From Rhizaria sp. SCN 62-66 (Eukaryota), in NCBI GenBank assembly GCA_001724265.1, contig MEDY01000014.1, positions 1 through 64,000 on the forward strand: a stretch of 64,000 bases of DNA. The letters run 5' to 3'. A program made the position numbers and the translations under genes. Under the pieces are notes generated by a model that did not search any database, was not told where the DNA came from, and worked only from the letters and a program-made list of their open reading frames with translations. Below are positions 51,023 through 64,000 of the stretch, one piece after another. Positions within the stretch are counted from its first letter, which is position 1. Every line of letters begins with the position of its first letter.

Positions 51023-54000
51023 TCAACCGATCCTGGCGAGCGCCGCGGCGGCGCGGCCCTTAGCTCCACCCTTGAGCGCTTCCAAGAACTCGGCCTCTTC
51101 CCCCTCGTTCTCATCGTCGATATCGAGGTCGTCGACGTTATCGATCACGACGACTTCGTCGACGCACTCGTAGAAGTCATCCGGAAACGCCGGGAGATCG
51201 TACATGAAGCTCGCCGACGCGCCCTGCAGACTCGCGCTCGAAGGCCAGCCAGAGAGCGAGCTTTCCAACGCGCCTCCTTGAGCGACCCATTCTGCCACGG
51301 CCGCGGCCGCGGTCGCGTTGGAGTCACTGTTGTCAAAGTCGCCGCTACTAAGCATATCGCGATTCGCAACACCCGAACCAGCAGCGCAGAGGGCAGCAGC
51401 GTTGGCAGAAGGGCCGGCGCCGCTGAAGTCAATCGAGATCTCTCCGACCGCGCCGCTTCCGTTGCCAGCACCGCAGGCGCAGTCAGCGGTGGTGGTGCCC
51501 TGGCAGGCGCCGCAGGCGAGGCCAGTCTCCGGGTGCAAACGCGGGAAACGCTGCGGGGTGTCCTTGATCGCGAACGGCGGCTTGATGAACACGGCCTCGC
51601 CAGCGGAGAAAGAGAAGACTTCGGGCATCGGTAGCGTCTCGAGCTCCATGCCGCCGCCGTTGACGTCCATCGTCGCGACGCCGTTGTTGTCTGCGTGATC
51701 GCGAGGATCGTCGTCGGAAGCGCGGTCGCCACTGCGGTCCGTTGCGAGGGGTTCAACGGGGCTGACGCCGTCTTCTTTCCCGTCATCGTCGTCGTCGTCG
51801 CTGCCGCCGCTCCTCGTCAGCAGACTGCGTGTGTCGACCTCAAGCCGTGGGCGCGAGGCCGCAGTGGGCGCCGCGCCGGGCTGCCGCGTCGCAGGGGTAC
51901 TCGCAGCGGACCCCAAACCAAGTCCGAGGCCAGCGCCGGTGGGGGCAGGGACGGCGGCAGACGCGGCGCGGTCGTTGCGCACATTGTGCGGGCCCGTCGC
52001 CGCGGTGGGCTGCGGGCACGTGGCCGGCGTGCCCGTTTTGCTCCCAGCGGGAGCGGCGGATGTGGCGGAGGCGAAGTCGGGCGCGGCGGGGCGCACAGGG
52101 GTCGTGAACGCGCCCGCAGACATGTGGCCGCCACCGACGCTACGTGCACTGCGCGCGGGCGACAGCGGCGGGCCCGCGTCGGCCCCGTACCCGACCACGC
52201 CAGAGCCGCACTGCGCGCCGGGCGCGGGCGAGGCCGACGGGGACGGGGTGAGCGACGCTCCGTGCGACGCAACGGCCACGAGCTGTGGCGAGCCCGACGG
52301 CGCGGGGGACGGCGTGTACCGGATGTATCCGCCGCCGTCGAGCTGCACGACCTGCTGCTGCTGCAGCTGCGAGGCCTGGAACTGCAGCATCATTGCCGTC
52401 GCCACGGCGGCCGCCGCGGCGGCGCCCGCGCCCACGGCCGCGGTGAGAAACACAACGCTGTCGACCGCGAACGCGAACGCCCCCGCCGCGCCGGGGACCG
52501 GGAGGAAGCCCGCCGGCACGAGGTGCGACAGCGCGGGCGTCATACCAGGTGATGACGCAGTTGGCCCCGCAAGACCGAAGTTAGCGCCGTAGCCGAGACC
52601 GAGGCTGGTGCTGGACGACGAGTGCGGAAGCGCGCCGCTGTCGCCGGCCGACACAGCCGCGCCGCCGCTGCCGCCGCCACCGTGGAGACCGTGGGCGGCA
52701 TGCAGTCCCCCTTGTGAACCCGGCGTGCCATGCGGACCCGCGACTGCGCCGGGGCCGGCGCTGGAACCGGAGCCAGAACGGGGCAGCGCGGGCCGCGTGT
52801 CGACCGACGCACTGGTTGCGCGCGTGCCGTGGGGGCCGACGGGCAGTTGCAGCGGCACCGGGGCTGACAGCACAGTCGCCGTCCCGGCTGCAGTCGCACT
52901 CGCCGGGTTCGCGTCGCTGGAGCTGCTGTTGCTGTTGGCGATGTTTGTTGCGGCGGGCGCGGCGGTGAAGGACAAATGCGTGCCGTGCGGCAGCGGCTGC
53001 GGCAGCATCAACAACGAGCCCGAGCCGCGGCGGCGCGCGGACGAGCCCGGACTAGCGGGCGCGAGAGAGCCGGCGCGCGAGAACGAAGGCGCCGCCATCT
53101 GCTGCTGCTGTTGCTGCAGGGTCTGGAGCTGTTGGAGGATGTGGCGCGACAGCGGCGCAGCGGCGTCCAGCGGCAGCGGCGCGGTGATGAGCGTAAACGC
53201 CTTGCCCAGGTTGGTCAACGCAACCGCGCCAGTGCACGCAGCAGCCGCGGCCGCCGCGTCGGCGACGGTGACACCGGGCGCCACCAGTGCGCTTTGCCCG
53301 GCGAGCGAGACCGACACGGGGGGCGTCGCGGGCGTCACCGGCGTCGCGCCCCCGGACGCGCCCACCCAGCCGGCCACACTCACGTTGCCGCTGGCGCTGA
53401 CGCAGACGCCCGGGCTCGCGCCGGCGCTCCCGCTGGTGGCGCTGGCAAGAGCGCCCCCGCTGCCGGTCGCGTAAGAGCCGGCGGCGGGGCCGGAGAGCGA
53501 GAGGGCCGGCACGATGGCGCCGCAAGCCGCCCCCGCAGCCGGCGCGCCGTGCGGCCGCGCGGGCGACAGCGGGGGCTTGCCCGACGCGCTGCCGCCGCTG
53601 GGACCGGCGGCGAGGCCGGTGGGCGGCGCCAGCAGAGTCATGCTCGGTAGCGTGAGCGAGCTACGGGGGGCGTCGCCCACTGCAGGTGCGGCCGCATTGT
53701 TCACAATCGCAATTCCAGTTGCAGCAGTGCTGGCGGCACTAGAGACGGCGATGACGCGTGTAGTAGTCGTCGCAGCAGCCGAAGAAGAAGGCTCATCCGC
53801 CGCAGCGCCTGACACCAGAGCCGACACTGAACTCGACGCAGACACGACGGCGACCGCGAGAGCCGGAGGCACAGTGCTTGCAGCAGCGGAAACACTCACA
53901 CTCACTCTAGAGCTCACGTTTGCGCTAGCAGTGGAGTCTGCGCCAGTCACCGACGGAGCCGGACTCGCGCCGGCCGCTGCCGCCGCCGCCGCAGCGGCCC

Positions 54001-55717
54001 TGACGGTCTGCTCTTTGACCACGACGTGCTCTAAATACCACGCAAGCGAGCGCTCCAGCCCAGCGGCTTTCATTTCCGCCGCCGCCTGCAGCGCTTGCCG
54101 GCCCGAGATGCGCATGCTCGCCGCGGGCGGGCGCGCGGCGGGGCGCGCGCTCAGCTCTTCGTCGTCGAGGTCGTCGCCCACCACCAGCGGGGTCTGGCCC
54201 GCGGTGGATGCGGCCGCCGCGGCGGCTGCGGTGTCCGAGGCGGAATGTGGCAGACTGCGGCCGGCAGCGGAGTGCGCGGGTGAGCCCGGCGGCTGCTGAA
54301 AGGCGCCGATACCGCGCGTCGTCACAGCGGGCGAGGCGGCGGGACCAGCGCTCCCTCCAGCCACTGCGACCGTGTTGGCGTTGGCGTTTGTGGTGGCGTT
54401 TGAAAGGGACATTGCCAGCACGGGGCCGCCGCCGATAGCGCGTGGGGCGTTCATCGGTGACGCGGGCGTCGACGGAGCGCGTGACCCACGTGTTCCTCCG
54501 GCGGCCACGGGCGACACGGGCAAGGACCGCAGTCCGCCCGCGTTGGTACCGGCGTGGGCGCCACCAGCAGCGGCTGCAGCGGCTCCGCTCGCGCCCGAGA
54601 GCGCGCGGGAGTTAGCCGACGGCGACAGCGGCAGCGCAAGCGAGCCCGCGCGCCCGTGCCCTTGTCCCTGCGCGGCGTTGGCGGCGGCGATTAACGCGGG
54701 CGCGATCGCGGCTGGCGGCGGTGGTGACGCAGGCTGGCTGTTGAGGGCCGCCATCTGCTCTTCGTACTGCTGCTCTTTGCGGTCAGTGAAGGCCTTGCGG
54801 CGCGCGTCGACGGCCTTGGCATCGAGGATGCTCGAGTCGGCGCTGACGTTGCTGCCGCTGCCGAGGCCCGCGGAGCTTGCGGCCGCGGCAGTGGCGGTGG
54901 GAGACATCTCAAGCCGCGACCCGCGGCGTGTGATCGTGTCGATCAGCTTATCCACGTCGATGCTGAACGCTTCGAAGAACTTGGGCGACGCACCGACGAC
55001 GGCTGAGTACTCTGCGAAGTCGACCTTGCCGTTGCCGTCGGCGTCGACGTGGGCGAGGGTGGCGTCGCACAGTGCACGGACATCGGCATCGGTCATATCC
55101 ATCAGTACGACCGAGTCACGCACGGCGGCTTCGAGCAGTGCGCGCAATTCGTCCGTGTCAATCGTGCCGTCGCCGTTGAGATCGTAGAGTGAGAAGGAGA
55201 AACGGATCTTCTCGGCGAGAGTCGCGCGGTCAGAGAGCGCGGAGAGGGAGATGACCCAGGTGCGAAAGTTCACTTTTGCTGACTGAGTGACGTCAAACAG
55301 CCGGAACAGCGTGCGGGCGAGCGCCGAGGTGGGCCGCAGACCCATGGCCGAGGCGAGCTCTTCGCGGTCGATGAACTCGTCCGAAACCTGCGATCCGGAG
55401 ATGGCGTCAAAAATATGCTCAAGCTTGCGCAATGTCGCCAGAGGGAAATGCGTACTCTTGCTCAGCGCAAGCAAAGGAGCGTCCTCGTGTTTCGCCTCGC
55501 GCACGCCGCGCGTAAAGTCGCACGCGTTGTTGAGACGCTCGTCCGCCTTCTGCTTCTCCTTGCGGAAGGCCTCTTGCTGGCGCATCATTTGACCGAGACG
55601 CTGCTGCTCGATCGTTTTGTTGTGGTTCATGGAAGCGCGCCCCGTGGTCGAGCTCGCGCGCGCACCGCCGGTCTTGCCAGCGGCGGGCGCGCTGGGCTTG
55701 GAAGCACACACACCCAT
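51023..55717 (-). CDS. N-acylated calcineurin-B-like (CBL-type) EF-hand protein with ~1300-aa low-complexity C-terminal extension, 1564 aa
   Basis: MGVCAS start (Gly2, Cys4, Ser6); EF-hand module FDAISGSQVSDEFIDREEL, LFRLFD, EKIRFSFSLYDLNGDGTIDTDEL, DADGNGKVDFAEY (~54950-55465); TGA stop. Confidence 0.85.
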   Translation of the reverse strand: MGVCASKPSAPAAGKTGGARASSTTGRASMNHNKTIEQQRLGQMMRQQEAFRKEKQKADERLNNACDFTRGVREAKHEDAPLLALSKSTHFPLATLRKLEHIFDAISGSQVSDEFIDREELASAMGLRPTSALARTLFRLFDVTQSAKVNFRTWVISLSALSDRATLAEKIRFSFSLYDLNGDGTIDTDELRALLEAAVRDSVVLMDMTDADVRALCDATLAHVDADGNGKVDFAEYSAVVGASPKFFEAFSIDVDKLIDTITRRGSRLEMSPTATAAAASSAGLGSGSNVSADSSILDAKAVDARRKAFTDRKEQQYEEQMAALNSQPASPPPPAAIAPALIAAANAAQGQGHGRAGSLALPLSPSANSRALSGASGAAAAAAGGAHAGTNAGGLRSLPVSPVAAGGTRGSRAPSTPASPMNAPRAIGGGPVLAMSLSNATTNANANTVAVAGGSAGPAASPAVTTRGIGAFQQPPGSPAHSAAGRSLPHSASDTAAAAAAASTAGQTPLVVGDDLDDEELSARPAARPPAASMRISGRQALQAAAEMKAAGLERSLAWYLEHVVVKEQTVRAAAAAAAAAGASPAPSVTGADSTASANVSSRVSVSVSAAASTVPPALAVAVVSASSSVSALVSGAAADEPSSSAAATTTTRVIAVSSAASTAATGIAIVNNAAAPAVGDAPRSSLTLPSMTLLAPPTGLAAGPSGGSASGKPPLSPARPHGAPAAGAACGAIVPALSLSGPAAGSYATGSGGALASATSGSAGASPGVCVSASGNVSVAGWVGASGGATPVTPATPPVSVSLAGQSALVAPGVTVADAAAAAAACTGAVALTNLGKAFTLITAPLPLDAAAPLSRHILQQLQTLQQQQQQMAAPSFSRAGSLAPASPGSSARRRGSGSLLMLPQPLPHGTHLSFTAAPAATNIANSNSSSSDANPASATAAGTATVLSAPVPLQLPVGPHGTRATSASVDTRPALPRSGSGSSAGPGAVAGPHGTPGSQGGLHAAHGLHGGGGSGGAAVSAGDSGALPHSSSSTSLGLGYGANFGLAGPTASSPGMTPALSHLVPAGFLPVPGAAGAFAFAVDSVVFLTAAVGAGAAAAAAVATAMMLQFQASQLQQQQVVQLDGGGYIRYTPSPAPSGSPQLVAVASHGASLTPSPSASPAPGAQCGSGVVGYGADAGPPLSPARSARSVGGGHMSAGAFTTPVRPAAPDFASATSAAPAGSKTGTPATCPQPTAATGPHNVRNDRAASAAVPAPTGAGLGLGLGSAASTPATRQPGAAPTAASRPRLEVDTRSLLTRSGGSDDDDDDGKEDGVSPVEPLATDRSGDRASDDDPRDHADNNGVATMDVNGGGMELETLPMPEVFSFSAGEAVFIKPPFAIKDTPQRFPRLHPETGLACGACQGTTTADCACGAGNGSGAVGEISIDFSGAGPSANAAALCAAGSGVANRDMLSSGDFDNSDSNATAAAAVAEWVAQGGALESSLSGWPSSASLQGASASFMYDLPAFPDDFYECVDEVVVIDNVDDLDIDDENEGEEAEFLEALKGGAKGRAAAALARIG

Positions 55718-56802
55718 CGAGTAGCAGGGGGAAGATCAGACTTGTTGCGCTGCCGAAAGAGTGCAGGAGAAGTGGGTGTGTTTGATCCGGCTCGGTGCGG
55801 GCCGAGGTCAGATTAATGGTGAGGCTTGAGAGCCGACGGTTAGAAAGTTAGAAAAGAAACGCCCCAAACGGGGTTCACAAGCGTGTCCTCAAGCTATGTG
55901 CGCGTGCCGTTTGAACTGGAAATAAGAGTTCGCCCCTGGATTGAAGGTGGGAAAGAAGAGGAGAGCGATAGGTTGGGGCGCGAGTGAGTGATGAGATGTA
56001 CCGAGAGGTCTTGGGAGGAAGAGTGAGCGTATCCTCGCGCTTCAAAGTCATATATTAATACAAATGCGTTGCTCAAGTGCAATGACTATGCTCCGAATCG
56101 CCACATCGTGTCCGGTCAGAGTCAGAAACAACATTTCGATATGGTGGGCGATTCGTCCGTTTTGGCCAATCTGACATATCGCCATGCGGTTCAGAAGCGA
56201 AACATGTACGCGCAGGATTTAAGCATTATAAGCCGGCGCTAATAAACGGCCCATTCCAACCTAAAATGCCGCCTTCATTGGACTTCAATGTCCCAAGTGG
56301 ATCGTTTGTTCTGCGTTGTCACCCCAGCTTTCCTAGAGCTTCACTGTCATCGTCTCTGCCACAAATTCATTCAACTCACTGTTGTGACAGTAATGTGTCT
56401 TGTTTGTGCATATACTCGATTGTTTGACGTAGTATAATTTGTGGTAAACGACAAATTAATGTTATTAACTCATATGAGGCTCGTTTGTAACATCATTCGG
56501 CTTAGATAAACCTTGAGTGAGAACGGTGACTTGCGGTGTTAGCCGAATATCCGACGGTTTCTGAGACTTTCTTATGTATTCGATGTGTTCTTACTTCAAT
56601 AAATGGTCAACCAACAATTGGACCTCTGCATACCTCTTCCAAACAGGGAATATATTACTTATAGCTGCAGTCGCGTATCGCGCTACAACACTGCTCGAGG
56701 CACGTGCGTAATTTGTAGTTGCACGCCCAACCTCAAACACGACAGCAGCGCTGCGCAACGTAGTGCGGCTCATCGTGCCTAAGCACCGCCCGGACCGCGC
56801 GC

Positions 56803-57207
56803 TTAGCGGCGCGCGTTCGCGGCAGCGGCGATGTCGCCCTCGAAGCCGTGCTGGCCCGCAGTGACGGTCTCACCGTTGCGGCCCATAAGCGGGTTCGAAA
56901 TGGGCAGATACGGCGGCTGGAGAGGGATGCCGTGCAGCTCGCGGAGCTCCTTGGCGGCGTACCACATCGGGCGCGTGAGCAGAATCTCCTCCTCGTCCTT
57001 CTTAGAGAGACGCATGTGGTTGGGGTCGAAGACGAAGAACGGGTCATTCTCCCAGTGCTTGTTATTTTCCTTCCACTCCTCCAAACGCGCGCGGCGGTCG
57101 ATGTACACGCGGCCCGAGTTGTAGGCGATCAGTCCGCCAACAATAAAGAGCGTGTTAAGCGCCACGCGGTGCGTGAAGTCAAAGAGCGAGTCGAGACGGG
57201 GCGGCAT
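56803..57207 (-). CDS. Small single-TM protein, possibly COX14-like mitochondrial assembly factor, 134 aa
   Basis: ATG ORF with coding-like codon use; N-terminal FDFTHRVALNTLFIVGGLIAY followed by a charged helix resembles the D-x-x-H-R plus TM layout of fungal Cox14 (from memory, unverified); TAA stop. Confidence 0.6.
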   Translation of the reverse strand: MPPRLDSLFDFTHRVALNTLFIVGGLIAYNSGRVYIDRRARLEEWKENNKHWENDPFFVFDPNHMRLSKKDEEEILLTRPMWYAAKELRELHGIPLQPPYLPISNPLMGRNGETVTAGQHGFEGDIAAAANARR

Positions 57208-57799
57208 GGTGCGGTCAGGTCAGACGGAGTGAGCGGAGTGGCGGAGAGAAGACTCTGGAGTGCAGAGGCTTTTGGCGGAGACAAGCGGGATAGGGCGGGG
57301 TGTCACAAGGCTCTAGCTCAAGGATTTGGTAGGATAGCTATAGTACTTTAGAAAAACAACGGCATTTCCAGAGGTGATGGACGAAGTAAGGCAGGACAGT
57401 GAGCGGGAGGAGCGCGAGTGCAGAAGCTTGGAGTGCAAGCATGACCGAAGTGCGGCGTGAATCGTTGCGGAGCATAATCGCAAGTGTAAAGCAAACTGTA
57501 ATAGATTCATTATATATGTCTTGTGTTATGCATGATGTACACGTTTAATTTTGCGTTGACGACGGAGTTATGCCAAGTAATGAGTTTTTCATAGCCTACT
57601 TGGGATGGTGACAAGTTGATGGATTATGATATAGACTGCATCACTCGTTTACTGGGACGATATATGATGTACATTCTACATTTGTAGCTGGCATATCGTG
57701 CCGCAGCATATACGACGTAAAGCCTTTTAAGAGATTGAATCTTTAACGTAAACACTCACCAGCTAACATCATGCTCCGAATCCCTCATCATAGACTCGT

Positions 57800-59966
<2,167 letters not shown>

Positions 59967-60214
59967 GAAGAGCAGTCGTGTGCGTCTTGTGCGCAAACTA
60001 TAACTCGAACTTGTTCAATAATTGGAATTTTCGGGCCCGCTTGCATCGGCCTGCTTGCAGATCCTATTTTCAGTTTGTCTGTTAATATTGACCAGAGTTG
60101 CATGTATGGAGATCCCGTCTTGAGAATAAATTGTATTAATATATATCATGCAGGTTTTAATTCAAAATTCAGAAAATGTTCGTTCTTCATAACGTCTAAG
60201 TAAAAGAGAGTCAC

Positions 60215-63200
60215 TCAGTCGAGCGCCTGCAACACTTCTTGGAGTACCATGAACGCGGCCTCAGCCTCAGCGCTTTGCTGCCACGGCAAGTGCGTCGTCT
60301 TATCGGGGTGCAACGGCACCGAGATCTTAAGCAGATGCTTGCGCACAACGCGCGCGCTGCTCAAATCGCCGTAGTCGCGTCCGCGCTCCCCGAAGATGCC
60401 CAGCACCTGCGCGGGCGTCTTGCTCGCCACGCGCGCCTTGAGCCGCCGGTAATGTTGGTCCAGTAGCGCCCCGCGCGAGGCCGGGTCGTCCTGCAAACCG
60501 CCGGCCCTGGCGGCGGCCACGCGGGCAGACGCGCGCGCACCGCCGTTCGCATTTGACCCAGCGTTGGCACTTGCACTCGCATTCGAGCTCGCATTCGAGT
60601 TGGCCCTGGCGCGGGCCTGGGCCTGCGCTTGTGCCTCCGCGTGCGCCCTCGCGGTGGCCCGGGCCTTAGCCTCAGCCTCCGCTTGCGCGCGCGCACGCTG
60701 CGCCTGCACGTGCGCCTGCGCTTGTGCCTGCGCCTGCTGTGCACGCACACGCGCCGCGGCCGCTGCCATCGCTTCCGCCTCTTGCGCACGCGCGCGCTCG
60801 AGCGCGCGTTCACGTTCGAGCGCGCGTTCACGCTCACGGCGCTCGCGCAGCTCACGATCCTGCTCCTCCGCGACCCGCTGCTGCGCTGCCCGCAACGCCG
60901 CCTCCGTCGCGGCCGCGGTCGCCGCCGCCGCAGCAGCAGCAGCGCTGTCGCCGCCGCCGTTCGCGCCCATGAAAGAGAAGCCGCGCACGAGCGCGGGGGC
61001 GGACGTGGCCGTGCCGCCGGCCTGACGCAGTGCGTCGCGCTGCCGGGCCAGTGCCGCCGCCAGTTGCGGCTGCGGCGCGGACGTGTGCGGCGTCGCGCCC
61101 TTGGCCACGCGCGCGCGCGAGGACATGCCGTGCGTGTACGCATGCGCGTACGCTTGCGACGGGGACTGCGGCTCGAAGGAGCGCTCGTCGCTCGCAGCGT
61201 TGTCATCGTAGCTGTATCCTGCGCTGCTCTGATGGATGTCGCCGTGGCCGTGGCCGTTGGCGTCATCGGTGTCATAATCACGGTCTTCGTAGGCCTGGCT
61301 GTGCGCGGAAGCAGAGGCGACGGCTGCGGCAGCGGACTCTGCGGCGGCGGCAGCAGCGGCGGCCGCGCTTGAGGCTGCGGCCTGCGCGGCGGCAAGAGCA
61401 CGGCCTTCCTCAGTCTCATACTGGTGACTGTGATCAACCGAGTGATCGTGAGCAGCGGGGTGGACGGAGTGGGCGGCGCTGAGGTAGGGGTGACCGTGCT
61501 CGTCGCTCTGCTGATACTGCTCGTGTCCTTGGTGCTGAACGTACTCGGCGTACACTCCCCCGTGGCCGTGACCATGGCCGTGAGCGTGGCAGTGCTAGCT
61601 GTGCACATACTGCCCGTGCGCATACTGCGCGTGGTAGTGCGCACTGCTGTTCTCATCGAGCCCGCCCCCCGCGCCGTGCTTCTCGACCGCGTCGCGCTCG
61701 TCGTCGTCGTCGTCATCGTCGTCGCCATGGTCGTGACTGTGCGCAACGCGCCGCGCCACGCGCAGCATGTGCTCGCGCACCGCCTCCATGCCCTGCTTGC
61801 TGCCCGCACGCGTCGCGCGCGCGCGCTCGCCCGCGCGCTCCCGAGCCAGCGCCTGCGCCCGCGCGCGCGCACCAGCGCCCACTGCGCCAGCAGCAGCGGC
61901 CGCGGCTCCGGGGAGCTTGTCTTTGATCTCGCCCGCCGTGCGCCGCACCGTCGGTAGACGCGCACGCCCTGCCAGCGCGGCTGCGGCCGCAGCGGCAGCC
62001 GACTGCGCCTTCATCGCATCGCGGAACCACGCGGCCTCGCTACGGAGACCTGAGCTCGCGCCGTCTGTATTGTCGCCGTGCAGTTGCGCGTTGTTGGTGT
62101 GCGACGCGAGTGAGGCCGCGACACTGCGCAGCCGCCGCAGGCCGCCAGCCGCAGCAGCCTGCGCTTCGGCCTCCGCGAGCGCGGCCGCGGCTGCAGCGGC
62201 GACGGCGCGAACACGGGCTTCCGCCTCGGCCTCCGCGGCCGCCACCGCCACGCTCCGTCGGCTCGCGCGGCGGCCGCCGGGGACCGTCGCGCTGCCCAGC
62301 AGCTTGGCGGCCGCGGCGGCCGAGGCAGACAGCGTGCGCGCGGAGGCGGGGCCGCCGGGTGTGCGGCGGCGGGCCGCGGTGCTGCTGAGGCCGGAGACGA
62401 GATCGCCCTCGTGACTCTCGGCGTCGCTGTCGTAGACAGGAACGGCTGTGCCCAGCTCAACAGTGACGTTCGCGCCATCAGCGTCGACGTCGTCGGAGTC
62501 GCCGTCGTGACTATCAGCGTCCCGCTTGCTAACGCCGCGCTTGCTACCCTGCACTAAAGTGGCAGTAGTGTTTGCGGCAGAGCCGGTCGACTGACGGCCC
62601 CTGCCGCGGCCCACCGGCATCGCCGCAGACGCAGCCTCGCTCGCAACAGCGGCGGGGCTGGGCCCGCTGGCACTGGCGCGGGCCCGGCGACGCACTGCGG
62701 GGATAGACTTGTTGTTGCGATCGCTAATAACCGCAACGTCGCTGTCGCTGCTTTCGCGGTGCTCGTGGTCGCGCTTCGAAGCAGCTGCAGTGCCCCGACG
62801 TGTCGCAGCGCCAGTCGCCGTCGCAGTCGCCGTCGCCGCCGCCACAGATGCAGGCGTGGGGGTGGGGGAGCGCGGGCGGCGCGCGCGGGACGTGGTGGCT
62901 GGCACGGCCGCGCGCGATTTCACACCCGCGCCGGTGCTGGTGCGGCGCGCTGCCGTGTCCGCCACGGGAGCCCGTAACTGACCGTGGGCGGCAGCGGCGG
63001 GAACGCGTGCCGCAGGTGCCGGGGTGTCCATCATGGGAATCGACTGGCCCCGCATAAGCGTGTTGACGCCGAGTGAGCTCGAGCCGTGCGCGCCGTGGCT
63101 GCCGCTATAGTGGTCATAGTCGCGGTCATTGTCGACGTCGTCGCCGTCGTCGACGTCGCCTTCGTTAACAGTGGTAGCCGGCGTGCTGTTGTTGTTGTTG

Positions 63201-64000
63201 TTGTTGTTGTGGCCAGCGCTGACTGCACTTGGAGCAGCGAGCGTAGTGGCGCTAGAGCTAATGCGCTTGCGCCCACGTGCAGCAGCCGCAGTCCCCTTGT
63301 TAGCGCCGCCCGCGGTCTTGGCGGTCGTCGCGGCAACGTACGGGGTCGCTGTCATCGCCGCGCCGCCGCCGGAGTGGCCGTGAGCCGCCGAGTGACCGTG
63401 AGCAGCGGCGACAGAGAGGTGGTCCCCGTCGCCATGTAAGTACCCGCCGTCGCTGTGTGCGCCGTTCCCCATCGCCGGCGTGGCCGCAGTGACTGTGAGC
63501 ACGGGCGCGCGCCCCGGTGTCGCGACACCAGCACTGTCGCTGCCGCTATTAGCGCTGACGTTTGTGGCGGTTGTGGTGCGACGGCGGCGGCGTGCAAGGC
63601 CGAGACCGAGCTTTGTCTTGCTCACTGTCATCACGGCCTCAGACTCCGCCTCATCAGCCGCCGCCGCAGCAGCAGCAGTGCTGGACTCGTCGACGCCAGC
63701 GCCACCTCGACTCGCGCGCTGGGGATTGCTCCCAGTCGCGCCCGCGGACGGTGGCCGAGCCACCACGGCGGCGGCCGCTGCAGCGGTAACGGCGGCGGCG
63801 GACGCGGCGGCAGCGGCCGAGAACGATGACGGCAGCGCAAAGAGCGGGTTCGGCGTCGAAGCCAGCCCCGCGCCGCCAGCGCCCGGGGTCGCGCCGCCGA
63901 TGCTGCTCCTCGCGCCGCCCCTGTCCGCAGTCGCCGCGGCACCACTACCACTGCCACTGCCGGCCCCTGCGTTGGCGCCGTTGTTGTTGGCGAGGCTGAC
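60215..64000 (-). CDS. Large low-complexity protein with C-terminal J-domain-like module; in-frame TAG at 61595-61597; 5' end outside the window
   Basis: The frame is open from base 64000 to the TAG. ORF-track entries 61595..63766 and 60215..61555 are in the same frame and separated only by *HCHAHGHGHGHGG. C-terminus AQVLGI...VRKHLLKISVPLHPDK...AEAEAAFMVLQE; TGA stop then AT-rich DNA. Confidence 0.8.

Noticed and set aside
61595-61625. GTATGC and GTATGT just upstream of the internal TAG (minus strand) as micro-intron donors using the TAG as acceptor
   Set aside because: The implied introns are 31 or 16 nt, GC-rich and not multiples of 3; splicing would shift into an Arg-rich shadow frame and lose the HPD domain.

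Overview
Gene-dense, intron-poor nuclear DNA of a unicellular eukaryote; the taxon cannot be determined from the window. GC-rich, Ala-rich coding blocks alternate with short AT-rich spacers. I reconstruct 16 protein-coding genes and 5 spliceosomal introns (GTAYGY...YAG). Recognisable products are a peroxisomal oxalate-CoA-ligase-like enzyme, a 5xSTART-domain membrane protein, dynamitin (DCTN2), NDUFAF7/MidA, a secreted alpha-carbonic anhydrase split by huge inserts, a P5B-type ATPase, a myristoylated CBL-type EF-hand protein with a very long tail, a possible COX14-like protein, a class III aminotransferase (ETNPPL/PHYKPL-like) and a C-terminal J-domain protein. The rest are coiled-coil or low-complexity unknowns. 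Main signal: all 15 gene ends visible in the window use TAA (7) or TGA (8), never TAG. The only two in-frame TAGs (223-225 and 61595-61597, minus strand) sit inside reading frames that continue with unchanged coding character. This suggests a nuclear code in which UAG is a rare sense codon (Gln or Leu) while UAA stays stop, although sequence error or nonsense alleles cannot be excluded from two sites. No rRNA, tRNA, CRISPR array or mobile element was recognised.
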